Notes under the pieces: model-generated
Database searches by the model: none
What the model saw: only the letters and a program-made list of their open reading frames with translations
Told to the model about the DNA's origin: nothing
Source of the DNA: a bacterium
GTDB lineage: Bacteria > Omnitrophota > Gorgyraeia > Zapsychrales > Fredricksoniimonadaceae
Direction of reading: 5' to 3'
DNA: 64,000 nucleotides
Assembly (NCBI GenBank): GCA_021783915.1
Contig: JAJXTI010000001.1
Location: 1,540-65,539, forward strand
Position numbers and translations under genes: made by a program
Part shown: positions 38,130 through 47,423 of the stretch, in pieces
Layout: the number at the start of each line of letters is the position of its first letter
Position numbering within the stretch: position 1 is the stretch's first letter

Positions 38130-39863
38130 CTACAAACGGTCACTGATCTGTTGCTGAAGCCTCTCTAACAGGGCCTGCGGGCCCATTGGACCCAGGTCTC
38201 CGGCCCCATGCGAACGCACGCTCAGCGTTTGAGAAGAGAATTCTTTGTCTCCTATGATAATTTGATAAGGAACCTTCTTCATCGAGGACTCACGGATACG
38301 CTTAGATAAAGATTCATTGCGGTCATCCACGGCCACTCGAAGTCCTTCATCGGAGAATGTCTTTTTTATAGTCTGGGCATATTCGTTATGTTCCGGCTTA
38401 ATGGGAAGAATGACTACCTGATTAGGGGCCAGCCATAGTGGAAAATGTCCCGCATAGTGTTCAATCAGCGTGCCAATAAAACGTTCCAGGCTCCCCAAAA
38501 TCGCGCGGTGCAACATAATAGGCCTGACCTGTGCCCCTTTATCGTCAATATAATGGATATCAAACCTCTCAGGCAAATTAAAATCGCACTGGATGGTCCC
38601 GCATTGCCAAAGGCGGCCGATGGCGTCTTTAAGTTTAAAATCTATCTTGGGGCCGTAGAAGGCTCCCCCTCCTTCATCTACTCTGTAAGAAATTCCCTTG
38701 GCCTTTAAAGCGCCCTTAAGGGCCTCGGTGGCCTTGTCCCAATTCTCTTGGGCCCCCATAAAATCTTTGGGCTGGGTGGAAAGCTCGATATGTAAATCGT
38801 GGAAACCGAAATCATTCATGACTTCAAAAACAAAATCAATGACGCGGACGACCTCCTCTTTGATCTGGTCCGCCCTGCAAAAAATATGGGCATCATCTTG
38901 AGTAAACCCGCGCACGCGTAAAAGTCCGTGCAACACCCCGACCTTTTCCTGGCGGTATACGGTACCCAGTTCGAAATAACGGATAGGCAAGTCACGGTAA
39001 GAACGTATTTGTGACTGATAAATCAAAATATGTCCGGGGCAATTCATAGGCTTGACCGCATAATCCTCGTCATCAACCTTAAAATAATACATGTTTTCTT
39101 TATAATGGCCGGAGTGGCCGGAAATGTCCCACAGCTTGCCCTTTAAAATATTAGGGGTCATGACCATTTTGTAGTCATGCTTTAGATGCTGCGCCCGCAG
39201 ATAATCTTCAATGGTCTTGCGCAGCATCGCACCGTTAGGATGGTAAAACACCAGTCCGGCACCTGCGGTGTCATGATAAATGTGGAACAAGTCCAGTTGG
39301 GTGGCAATTTTTCGGTGGTCGCGCTTGGCCGCTTCTTCGAGCAGATTCAAATAGTCTTCGAGTTCTTTCTGGGTAAAAAAAGCGGTGCCGTAAATACGCT
39401 GGAGCATCTGATTTTTTTCATCCCCCCGCCAGTAAGCGCCGGCGACGGAAAGCAATTTAAACCCTCTGATTTCCCCCGCATTATCAACATGCGGACCTTT
39501 GCACAGATCAATCCATTCATTGCCTGTCTTATAAATGGAAATCTCCTCGTTCTCAGGCAGGTTTTCTATAAGCTCGACTTTATAGGTCTCCCCTTTAGAA
39601 CGGAAATACTCGATGGCCTGAGCGCGTGTCCAGACTTCCTTGGCAAGGACGGGCTTTTTATTGATGATTTTATGCATCTGTTTTTCGATTGTCCTTAAAT
39701 CATTGTCGGAAAAAGGCTCTTTCTTATCAAAATCATAATAGAACCCGTTGTCGATGGCGGGGCCAATGGTGACTTTGGCTTGCGGCCAAAGTTCCTGGAC
39801 CGCCTGGGCCATCACATGCGCACAGGTATGACGAAGTTTATCAATATCTCTGGAATAATCCAT
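38130..39863 (-). CDS. thrS: threonyl-tRNA synthetase (no N-terminal TGS domain)
   Basis: Class II aaRS motifs. Begins in the editing-domain zinc motif (HTCAHVMAQAV). 577 aa. Confidence 0.9.
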   Translation of the reverse strand: MDYSRDIDKLRHTCAHVMAQAVQELWPQAKVTIGPAIDNGFYYDFDKKEPFSDNDLRTIEKQMHKIINKKPVLAKEVWTRAQAIEYFRSKGETYKVELIENLPENEEISIYKTGNEWIDLCKGPHVDNAGEIRGFKLLSVAGAYWRGDEKNQMLQRIYGTAFFTQKELEDYLNLLEEAAKRDHRKIATQLDLFHIYHDTAGAGLVFYHPNGAMLRKTIEDYLRAQHLKHDYKMVMTPNILKGKLWDISGHSGHYKENMYYFKVDDEDYAVKPMNCPGHILIYQSQIRSYRDLPIRYFELGTVYRQEKVGVLHGLLRVRGFTQDDAHIFCRADQIKEEVVRVIDFVFEVMNDFGFHDLHIELSTQPKDFMGAQENWDKATEALKGALKAKGISYRVDEGGGAFYGPKIDFKLKDAIGRLWQCGTIQCDFNLPERFDIHYIDDKGAQVRPIMLHRAILGSLERFIGTLIEHYAGHFPLWLAPNQVVILPIKPEHNEYAQTIKKTFSDEGLRVAVDDRNESLSKRIRESSMKKVPYQIIIGDKEFSSQTLSVRSHGAGDLGPMGPQALLERLQQQISDRL

Positions 39864-39867
39864 GGCG

Positions 39868-40089
39868 TTAATCCGTCCGGGTAAAAACCAAGGAAGGGTT
39901 TAACAATATATTAAACAAAAAAATTTGTTGAAGTTTCTGGTCAAATTCCGGGGCCTTTAATTCTTTCTTTTTAACTTCTACCTCTAGCCTGGCTTGCATC
40001 AGTCTCTGTGTTTTTATCGCCATGCCTAAATAAATTGACAATAGAACAACCAGTCCCACGGCCAGCAATTTTTTACCCGTTTGACTCAT
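39868..40089 (-). CDS. small membrane protein, possibly FtsB/DivIC-like
   Basis: N-terminal TM helix (LLAVGLVVLLSIYLGMAI) then a short coiled coil. Weak call. Confidence 0.3.
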   Translation of the reverse strand: MSQTGKKLLAVGLVVLLSIYLGMAIKTQRLMQARLEVEVKKKELKAPEFDQKLQQIFLFNILLNPSLVFTRTD

Positions 40090-40115
40090 AGGCGTTGAAC
40101 TTCTTGTTTGAAGTC

Positions 40116-40202
40116 TGGTGGGCGGGGAGGGACTTGAACCCTCACAGCCTTACGGCCACAGGATTTTAAGTCCTGCGTGTATACCGATTCCACCACCCGC
40201 CC
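40116..40202 (-). tRNA. tRNA-Leu (anticodon TAA), type II with long variable arm
   Basis: Hand fold. Acceptor GGGCGGG/CCCGCCC. Anticodon stem CAGGA/TCCTG with loop CTTAAAA. T-arm GAGGG-TTCAAGT-CCCTC. CCA encoded. Confidence 0.8.
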
Positions 40203-40217
40203 CCCAACATAAAAATA

Positions 40218-40295
40218 TGGTGGACCCGACAAGACTCGAACTTGTGACCTTTTCCATGTCAAGGAAACGCTCTAACCAAACTGAGCTACGGGTCC
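40218..40295 (-). tRNA. tRNA-Val (anticodon GAC)
   Basis: GGACCCG acceptor. Anticodon stem TTTCC/GGAAA with loop TTGACAT. T-arm ACAAG-TTCGAGT-CTTGT. CCA encoded. Confidence 0.8.
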
Positions 40296-40316
40296 GGTGG
40301 TCTTTCAAAAGATCTT

Positions 40317-40391
40317 TGGAGGCGACGATCGGAATCGAACCGATGTATAGAAGTTTTGCAGACTTCTGCCTTACCACTTGGCTACGTCGCC
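40317..40391 (-). tRNA. tRNA-Cys (anticodon GCA)
   Basis: GGCGACG acceptor. Anticodon stem GAAGT/ACTTC with loop CTGCAAA. T-arm ATCGG-TTCGATT-CCGAT. CCA encoded. Confidence 0.8.
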
Positions 40392-40392
40392 G

Positions 40393-40938
40393 TCAATCCT
40401 TCAAAACAGCTCTAACAATGTCATCTGCGTCCGCCAAATGACCGACACCGACGATGCCACAGGCCAATTTGCCTTTAACAGGTTCGATAAATTTGACTCC
40501 GTGCTTTTTTAATATCTGGCAGTTAGCCTGGACAAACGCATTCTTATACATGTTCTCATTCATGGAAGGGGCCACAAAAATGGGCGCCCGGGACGCGATA
40601 AAAAGGGTCGTTAAAAAATCATCGGCCAACCCATTGGCCATCTTCCCTATGATGTTTGCCGTTGCCGGAGCAACGACAATCGCATCCGCTTTGGACAGTT
40701 CAATGTGCCCCATTTCCCAAGCTTGGCCGTCTGTACCTCTTGCAAACATGTCGCTATAAACATTTTTGCCGGAAAGGGTCGCCAGCGTCAAAGGCGTAAT
40801 AAACTCCGCGGCTCCTTTGGTCATCACAACCGTCACGTCACAGCCGTTTTCTTGAAAACGGCGGACAATATCAGCGGCCTTATAGGCGGCAATACTGCCG
40901 GTGACGCCTAAAACAATTTTATTGATTTTCCTGGACAT
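40393..40938 (-). CDS. coaC: phosphopantothenoylcysteine decarboxylase flavoprotein (CoaC-type, stand-alone)
   Basis: IVLGVTGSIAAYKAADIVR flavoprotein N-terminus...PAMNENM-like PSMNENMY motif. Confidence 0.75.
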   Translation of the reverse strand: MSRKINKIVLGVTGSIAAYKAADIVRRFQENGCDVTVVMTKGAAEFITPLTLATLSGKNVYSDMFARGTDGQAWEMGHIELSKADAIVVAPATANIIGKMANGLADDFLTTLFIASRAPIFVAPSMNENMYKNAFVQANCQILKKHGVKFIEPVKGKLACGIVGVGHLADADDIVRAVLKD

Positions 40939-41171
40939 TATTTGCCCTTTTTGGCCTTTTCAGCCTCGAGATCGACGACAAGCTTATCAACAACCAACCC
41001 TTGCCTGATTTCTTCAAAGGCCGTTGTCGTCAACTTTTCTTCCGATGGAACAGTGATTAATTTGGCCCCTGTTTCGGAGATTTCTAAGGCACGCTTAGAG
41101 GCCAAACGAACCAGACGATAAACGCTGTAATTGGCTCTGGGCAGCAATTCTTCTAATGGTTGATACGTCAT
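40938..41171 (-). CDS. rpoZ: DNA-directed RNA polymerase omega subunit
   Basis: NYSVYRLVRLASKRALEIS is the RpoZ core. Its stop overlaps the coaC ATG. Confidence 0.65.
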   Translation of the reverse strand: MTYQPLEELLPRANYSVYRLVRLASKRALEISETGAKLITVPSEEKLTTTAFEEIRQGLVVDKLVVDLEAEKAKKGK

Positions 41172-41271
41172 TGTTCCTCCTGAATAGGTTCCCCACCCTC
41201 CCGACATGGCAGAAGTAACGGGGAAAGGATGCTTAAAGAAACGTTATTTATAACATAGCCCAAGTGTATTG

Positions 41272-41865
41272 TCAACGAATACCAAGAGCCTTGGCGACGA
41301 GTTTTTCTAAATCGGCCTTGGCCCTCTCTAAAGAACCGTTAATAATGACGTAATCGTAGTCCTTGGCCCTTTTAAGCTCTTGCTGGGCGACCTTAATCCT
41401 TCTTTGCAGACTCTTGGGGGTCTCTGAGGCACGCTTGCGCAGACGTTGATGCAACGCCTGTATTGACGGAGGCTTGATAAAAATTTTTACGGCCTGGGGG
41501 AATTGCCGGTTGATGTGGTCCGCCCCCTTGACATCAATACACATCAGCACGTGCTTGCCTTTTTTCAAAAGATTTAAAACCTGCCTTTTAGGAGTGCCGT
41601 AATAATTGTCGAAGACTTTTTCCCATTCCAGGAAATATCCCCTCAGGATACGTTTGGCAAAAACCGTTTCCGTCAAAAAAAGGTAATCTTTGTTCTCGCG
41701 TTCCCCCTGGCGTTTGGCCCTCGTCGTCGCGGAAATGGATTTGACAATTTTTCCTTTAAGTTTGGGAGACCCCAGCAAGGCTTTGTGCAAGGTGGTCTTG
41801 CCGCTTCCCGAAGGGCCGGAAAGGATAAGGACCTTCCCTTGCTTGTGCTTTTTTTTACTCGACAT
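41272..41865 (-). CDS. gmk: guanylate kinase
   Basis: GPSGSGKTTL P-loop and GMP-binding region. Confidence 0.85.
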   Translation of the reverse strand: MSSKKKHKQGKVLILSGPSGSGKTTLHKALLGSPKLKGKIVKSISATTRAKRQGERENKDYLFLTETVFAKRILRGYFLEWEKVFDNYYGTPKRQVLNLLKKGKHVLMCIDVKGADHINRQFPQAVKIFIKPPSIQALHQRLRKRASETPKSLQRRIKVAQQELKRAKDYDYVIINGSLERAKADLEKLVAKALGIR

Positions 41866-42676
41866 TGTTGGCCTGTTCACGGATTTTTTCCACCTTGGAT
41901 TTTATAGAAATCACGGCTACAGAAATCTCTTTGTCTTGAACCTTTGAACCGATCGTATTTGTCTCTCTTTGCATCTCCTGGGCGATAAAATCAAGCTTCT
42001 TGCCCGCCCCGTCAAACGTTTTAAGCAATGCCTTGGCCTCGTCGATATGGTGCAAAAGGCGCGAAATTTCTTCATTGATATCGTTGCTTTTTTGATAACT
42101 TAAAAATTCATCGTTGTTCAGCCCCGTCTTTTTTTCTTTTAACAGGGCCTTAACGCGGGACTTGATTTGAACAATGCGCTCTGACATACGCTTGAGCTGC
42201 TCATTAATGTTCACCGACAGTGATCGTCCCTCCCGTTTACGCATGGCCACCACCGAAACAACGGCCCTCTCAAGGCTTTTTTCCACAATCGGCCAAATGT
42301 CCGCGGCTTGCACAAAGGTTTCTTTGGCCTCAACGACCCCCGGCATTTTCATCAAATCTGCCGTAGACAAATCATTTTTCAAGTTCAATTCTTTGCTCAA
42401 AGACCTTGCGATCTCCACGTAACGATCGACCGCCTCTTTGTTAAGCTGGACCGTCATCTGGTGCTTCTCGGTGATGCGCACGGCAACGGTCACTCTTCCG
42501 CGTTTAATGGTACGGCCTATCAGTTTCTGTATTTTGTCTTCGTAAGAAGAAAATCCCGACGGCAGATAAAATGCCAAATCCAGGAAACGATGGTTGACAC
42601 TCTTGATTTCAACATTGCCTTTGACCTTGCCCAAAGAGATGTCGCAACTGCCAAATCCTGTCATTCCGCTGATCAT
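41855..42676 (-). CDS. yicC: YicC-family protein
   Basis: YicC N- and C-terminal conserved regions. The yicC-gmk-rpoZ neighbourhood is classic. Confidence 0.75.
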   Translation of the reverse strand: MISGMTGFGSCDISLGKVKGNVEIKSVNHRFLDLAFYLPSGFSSYEDKIQKLIGRTIKRGRVTVAVRITEKHQMTVQLNKEAVDRYVEIARSLSKELNLKNDLSTADLMKMPGVVEAKETFVQAADIWPIVEKSLERAVVSVVAMRKREGRSLSVNINEQLKRMSERIVQIKSRVKALLKEKKTGLNNDEFLSYQKSNDINEEISRLLHHIDEAKALLKTFDGAGKKLDFIAQEMQRETNTIGSKVQDKEISVAVISIKSKVEKIREQANNVE

Positions 42677-42686
42677 ATGTTTTTCC

Positions 42687-43130
42687 TTATTTTAATAATT
42701 CTCTTTTTTTAAACCATAAGGACACTTCCCGGCTGGCCTGCGGGCCATCGCTTGAAACATGCACGATGTTTTCAAACAGGCCTTGGGTGGTGATGCGTCC
42801 GAATTTACCTCGTACGCTTTTGGGGGAGGCCTCTTCGGGGTTGGTGGCGCCGGCAATGTCACGGCATTTCTTGACAGCCGATGGCCCTTGGAAAACCATG
42901 GCCACGACTGGCGAGCCTTCATGGAATTTTCCTGTTAAATAATCAACAATCTGGTTATAAAAAGATTTATCTTTTAACTGAATGTAATGTTTCCTGGCCA
43001 AGGATTTCGTCGGTTTGACTAACTTAAGACCCGCTAATTTCAAATCGCTGTTGATAAACGGCCTTAACACATCCCCAACGATTGCTTTATGCAGGCCCTC
43101 AGGCTTGATCAATACCAATGCTTGTTCCAT
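42687..43130 (-). CDS. ndk: nucleoside diphosphate kinase
   Basis: LVLIKPEG...NIVHVSSDGP (NxxHxSD active-site His). Confidence 0.8.
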   Translation of the reverse strand: MEQALVLIKPEGLHKAIVGDVLRPFINSDLKLAGLKLVKPTKSLARKHYIQLKDKSFYNQIVDYLTGKFHEGSPVVAMVFQGPSAVKKCRDIAGATNPEEASPKSVRGKFGRITTQGLFENIVHVSSDGPQASREVSLWFKKRELLK

Positions 43131-43151
43131 AAATTATTTTAATGTCCTCCG

Positions 43152-44087
43152 CTACCGGCCCGACGAATTGTCTTTGCGAATGACTGCTAGTACCCTGTCT
43201 AAGTCATCCAACGAGTAATATTCCACAATGAGCTTGCCCTTGCCTTTTTTGTCCTCGACGGTGACCTTGGTCCCAAGGATTTTCCGCAGTTCATCCTCAA
43301 GATTGGCAATATCAGGGTCCTTGGCCCTTTGTGCCTTGGTCTTCTTGGGCTTTTTGCCTGAAGTCTGTTTGGTCAACCCTTCGACGGAACGCACGGACAA
43401 ATTTTGATTGATGATGTCTTGCACCATCTTGCGTTTTTGATCCACATCACTAACGGCCAATAGCGCACGCGCATGCCCCATCGTGAGCCTTCCATCGATA
43501 AGATAATCCTGTATGTCCGACGGCAGAGTCAACAAACGCAACATATTAGAGATCGTCGAACGGTCTTTGCCCACGGCCTGGGCCACCTGATCCTGGGTCA
43601 GCTTAAAACCCTGTATCAAGGTATCAAACGCGCTGGCCTCCTCAATGGGGTTAAGATCCTGGCGCTGGATATTTTCCACCAAGGCCAACAGCAAACAATC
43701 GGCATCAGAGACATTCTTGATCACAGCAGGAACGCTCTCAAGTCCCAAGGCGCGAGCGGCGCTAAGGCGACGCTGGCCGGCAACCACCTGGAACCGACCT
43801 TCCTTTTGACGCACAAGAATAGGCTGCAAAATTCCCTTGTCTTTAATGGAAATTTTAAGTTCTTCAAGGGCGGCCGGATCATAATTGACCCTTGGTTGAC
43901 AAGGGTTATTGTCAATCAAATCGGTCCTTATCGTAGCGACTTCTTGTTGAGATATATTTTGGGGATCCATTCCCTGCTCTTTCTGACGCGATTGGCTCAT
44001 CTGTTCCAAGGCGGTCTCCATCCTGGCCTTATCCGTTGCCGAGGAAATAAGCGCTGAGAGTCCTTTGCCTAAAGCTTTATTGTCCAT
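43152..44087 (-). CDS. parB: chromosome partitioning protein ParB
   Basis: GLGKGLSALI N-terminus and ParB box LVENIQR. Confidence 0.85.
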   Translation of the reverse strand: MDNKALGKGLSALISSATDKARMETALEQMSQSRQKEQGMDPQNISQQEVATIRTDLIDNNPCQPRVNYDPAALEELKISIKDKGILQPILVRQKEGRFQVVAGQRRLSAARALGLESVPAVIKNVSDADCLLLALVENIQRQDLNPIEEASAFDTLIQGFKLTQDQVAQAVGKDRSTISNMLRLLTLPSDIQDYLIDGRLTMGHARALLAVSDVDQKRKMVQDIINQNLSVRSVEGLTKQTSGKKPKKTKAQRAKDPDIANLEDELRKILGTKVTVEDKKGKGKLIVEYYSLDDLDRVLAVIRKDNSSGR

Positions 44088-44160
44088 GTCCTTCCCCTCC
44101 TTCTAAAGGTTCTCTTCTGACCTATGGTTCAGTTTTTATAAATACATAACTTATTTATTA

Positions 44161-44940
44161 TCAACTATTTACAATATTTAACTTGCCATTTAATATTTCT
44201 TGCCCCATCTCTTTATATTTAACTGCCCCTATAGAAGCTTGGTCATAAACATGAATAGGTTTACCGAAACTTGGAGCTTCGCTAAGCCTGACATTACGAG
44301 GAATGATCGTATTATAAACTTTATCTTTAAAAAAATTTTTTATTTCCCCTATGACTTCATTAGTCAAATTCGTACGAAAATCTGCCATTGTCATAAGAAC
44401 CCCTTCAATAGCTAAGTTTGGATTTAATCCATCCTTAACAAGGTTAATAGTATTGAGTAAGCCACTCACACCTTCCAGGGCATAGAATTCGCATTGGATG
44501 GGAATAATAATAGAGTCTGCCGCAACCAAAATATTTAAAGTTAACAATCCTAAAGATGGCGGCGAATCAATAAATATAAAATCATAATTGGATTTAATAC
44601 TGTCTATGGATTTTTTAAGTCTTGTTTCTCGGGACAACACTCCAACAAGCTCTATCTCTGCTCCGGTGAGATTAATATTACAAGGAAGTAAATTTAGATT
44701 TTTATAAACAGTGGGGATGATAACATCTGTAATACAGGACTTATGGATTAGGACATCGTAAACAGAAGCTTTTATTTCGTTCTTATTGACCCCTACCCCG
44801 CTTGTAGCATTGCCTTGTGGATCCATGTCCACCAATAAAATTTTTTTACCTGAATCGGCTAAGACTGCTGAAAGATTAACTGCTGTAGTAGTTTTTCCTG
44901 TACCACCTTTTTGATTACAGATAGCAATAGTTTTAGGCAT
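44161..44940 (-). CDS. parA: chromosome partitioning ATPase ParA/Soj
   Basis: IAICNQKGGTGKTTTAVNLS deviant Walker A. Confidence 0.85.
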   Translation of the reverse strand: MPKTIAICNQKGGTGKTTTAVNLSAVLADSGKKILLVDMDPQGNATSGVGVNKNEIKASVYDVLIHKSCITDVIIPTVYKNLNLLPCNINLTGAEIELVGVLSRETRLKKSIDSIKSNYDFIFIDSPPSLGLLTLNILVAADSIIIPIQCEFYALEGVSGLLNTINLVKDGLNPNLAIEGVLMTMADFRTNLTNEVIGEIKNFFKDKVYNTIIPRNVRLSEAPSFGKPIHVYDQASIGAVKYKEMGQEILNGKLNIVNS

Positions 44941-44978
44941 GATCTTCTCCGGTGTTTCACGTGAAACATGACTATGGT

Positions 44979-45176
44979 CTATTTTTTGATAACCTTAATC
45001 TTTGCTTGTTTGGCTCCCTTCATTCCAAAAAGCCCCTTCTTCTCTTCACAAACAATCTTAATATCCATCTGTTCTCTATCTATTCCAAGCGTTTTTTCAG
45101 CTTTTTTTATAGCTTCTTCTGTAGTATCTGCTTCAAATTCAGATTCTATATTGCCATTATCATTATTAAAATACAT
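44979..45176 (-). CDS. Jag/KhpB N-terminal domain only (65 aa)
   Basis: EFEADTTEEAIKKAEKTLGIDREQMDIKIV matches Jag_N. KH and R3H domains are absent. Sits between yidC and parA. Confidence 0.5.
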   Translation of the reverse strand: MYFNNDNGNIESEFEADTTEEAIKKAEKTLGIDREQMDIKIVCEEKKGLFGMKGAKQAKIKVIKK

Positions 45177-45205
45177 AAATCCACCGCCTGTTTCACGTGA
45201 AACAC

Positions 45206-46804
45206 CTATCGACTTTTAGCCATTTTCCACTGGGTCCAAGTAGATAAAGCATAAAAAACTGTAAAATAAAGAGATTGTCCACTTGCAAAATGATAAAAGA
45301 TAAATCCGATGAAAAACGGGAAAAAATATCTCATCATCTTCTGCTGCATAGCTTGAGACTCATCGGTAACAACCATGTTTTTAGCTGAAATTTTTTGCTG
45401 TAAAAACATTACGGCCCCCATAGCTATAGGTAATATATTAATCTCATTCCCTATAAAAGGCAAGTATTTAGGCAAAAGAATTAATCTGTCTGGTTGGGTC
45501 AAATCTTTAATCCATAGGAATCCTTTGCCTTGAAAATAATAGGCACGCCAAAGAATCTGGTAAAGAGCCATAAAAATTGGCATTTGCAATAGAAAAGGTA
45601 AGCATCCCCCTAAAGGATTAACTCCCTCCCTTTTGTATAATTCAACCATTTCAGCATTAAGTTTTTGTGGATTATCTTTATATTTCTGTTGCAACGCTGC
45701 CACTTTAGGTTGTACAGATTGCATTTTTTTCATCGATCCCATGCTCTTAACAGTGAGAGGATATGTAATACCATAAATTAAAAGGCTTACTAATATTATA
45801 GAAAGCCCCCAGTTACGGCAAATACTATGTATGGCTGGTATGGTATAATAAACGGCTTTGGCAAAGATATCAATAATCCACCAGCCGCTAAAAGCTACGA
45901 TTTTTTCAAATCCTTCTTTATAGGTTTTAAGCCAGATTATATTTTGATCTCCAGCTACTACGGTAAAATTGTAATTAACTGTTTGCCCAGGTTCAATGGT
46001 TTGCGTTTTTGGTTGAACATTAACATTCAGTTGACTATTACTAACCACATCATTTTCATAGCCTTTTGTTTCAAATTTAGGCTTTATAATGACAGCATGA
46101 TAATGATCTCGAAAACCTATCCAATCAAATTCACTATTATTAGGAGCATTATTTATTTTATTATCTTTAGAATTAAATTTATAAGCTCCACCTTTACGAA
46201 ACACATGATTTTTTTCCAGAATGGAAAGTTCATACAACATTGCATTTCTAGTATTTTTAGTATCAACAGTACTTCCGTTTATACTTAAACCTCTAATATA
46301 TATATTTTCCAGTCTGGAAGTTTTGCTTAAATTTTTAATATTAACATCAACATTTAGGGTGTTTTTGTCTTTAATTTTAAAATATTTTGTTATTTCCCAT
46401 TCTTTTGTTGTATAAACGTAGGTTGCACTATCTTTATTTTGATCAACTAAAACGAAGGGCACTTTCTCAAATCCTTTAATTAGAAACATGTTTTCTATAG
46501 GAAGCGGTTCCTCTGAACCCGATATGTCTAATTTGTGGAGAGATCCACCCACATTTGATAATTCTATATCCATATTAGTGGTTTGTAATTTTATTTCTTT
46601 TTCTTTAAAACTTTGATTTGTGGTTTTTGTTTGCTCAATAGGTGTGACTGTGGTCGGATTTGTTGATTTTTCTATATCTTCATTTTTTTGAATGAGTTGC
46701 GCTTGTTTTATCATTTGTGCTCTCTTAGGAAGCACAAAAATACTCTGATAAAGAGATAAAACTAGCATTGATACCGCAAGAGCTAAAATAAGATTTCTAT
46801 CCAT
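45206..46804 (-). CDS. yidC: membrane protein insertase YidC
   Basis: Large periplasmic domain then the conserved 5-TM core (GCLPFLLQMPIFMALY). Confidence 0.85.
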   Translation of the reverse strand: MDRNLILALAVSMLVLSLYQSIFVLPKRAQMIKQAQLIQKNEDIEKSTNPTTVTPIEQTKTTNQSFKEKEIKLQTTNMDIELSNVGGSLHKLDISGSEEPLPIENMFLIKGFEKVPFVLVDQNKDSATYVYTTKEWEITKYFKIKDKNTLNVDVNIKNLSKTSRLENIYIRGLSINGSTVDTKNTRNAMLYELSILEKNHVFRKGGAYKFNSKDNKINNAPNNSEFDWIGFRDHYHAVIIKPKFETKGYENDVVSNSQLNVNVQPKTQTIEPGQTVNYNFTVVAGDQNIIWLKTYKEGFEKIVAFSGWWIIDIFAKAVYYTIPAIHSICRNWGLSIILVSLLIYGITYPLTVKSMGSMKKMQSVQPKVAALQQKYKDNPQKLNAEMVELYKREGVNPLGGCLPFLLQMPIFMALYQILWRAYYFQGKGFLWIKDLTQPDRLILLPKYLPFIGNEINILPIAMGAVMFLQQKISAKNMVVTDESQAMQQKMMRYFFPFFIGFIFYHFASGQSLYFTVFYALSTWTQWKMAKSR

Positions 46805-46806
46805 AA

Positions 46807-47016
46807 TTATTTTACCGGATCGTATCCGCCTTTAGATAGGGGAGAGCAGCGTAAGATGCGCCAGGCGCCCATAAACAGGCCTTTAAAAGCCCCATGTCTG
46901 CGTATGGCCTCGACTGTGTACTGCGAGCACGTCGGATAAAACCGACAAGCATTAATGCCAAAAGGCCGACTTAACCTTTGATAAGCTTTTACGGCAAACA
47001 ATAACAGTCTGTCCAT
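46807..47016 (-). CDS. yidD: membrane protein insertion efficiency factor YidD
   Basis: AVKAYQRLSRPFGINACRFYPTCSQY. Confidence 0.8.
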   Translation of the reverse strand: MDRLLLFAVKAYQRLSRPFGINACRFYPTCSQYTVEAIRRHGAFKGLFMGAWRILRCSPLSKGGYDPVK

Positions 47017-47057
47017 GGGAAAGCAACCTTAGACGAGAGCCTCGTCCTTGACCTTAT

Positions 47058-47195
47058 TTATGGAATTAGCTGGTGACGGCCTTTGGCTCGACGGCGGGCT
47101 AAGACCTTGCGTCCGTCTTTGGTGGCCATGCGCTTTCTAAATCCGTGCTTCCTGACCCCGACAATGTTCGTTGGTGTTTTCAAATGCTTTTTCAT
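47058..47195 (-). CDS. rpmH: ribosomal protein L34
   Basis: Hand-translated [45 protein letters not shown]. Not in the ORF track because it is under 60 aa. Confidence 0.8.
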   Translation of the reverse strand: MKKHLKTPTNIVGVRKHGFRKRMATKDGRKVLARRRAKGRHQLIP

Positions 47196-47380
47196 AATGG
47201 GGCAAATTATAACACAGGCAATTGTCGCGTCAAGCTTTTTACAATAAAGACAAAACCCCTTAGACGAAGAGGGGTTAAGTTTTTACTCAAATTCCGTCGT
47301 GAAAAAAACCGTTGCAATGGAAGAACGCTTTGTTATAATGACCAGCTACTAAAGCCTGCCTGACGGCAGGCAAGCTGGTT

Positions 47381-47401
47381 TTATCCACAGCTGTGAATAA
47401 C
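47381..47401. promoter_or_regulatory. inverted pair of DnaA boxes upstream of dnaA (TTATCCACA-gct-TGTGAATAA)
   Basis: Perfect consensus TTATCCACA and its near-complement separated by 3 nt. Confidence 0.75.
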
Positions 47402-47423
47402 TTGTGTACGAATCTCGTCGAAA

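Noticed and set aside
40118-40441. ORFs 40118..40441 (+) and 40150..40377 (-)
   Set aside because: They fall entirely within the tRNA-Leu/Val/Cys cluster and translate tRNA sequence.
47145-47363. ORF 47145..47363 (+)
   Set aside because: Antisense to the hand-called rpmH and within the DnaA-box/promoter region. The L34 translation on the other strand is a clear match.
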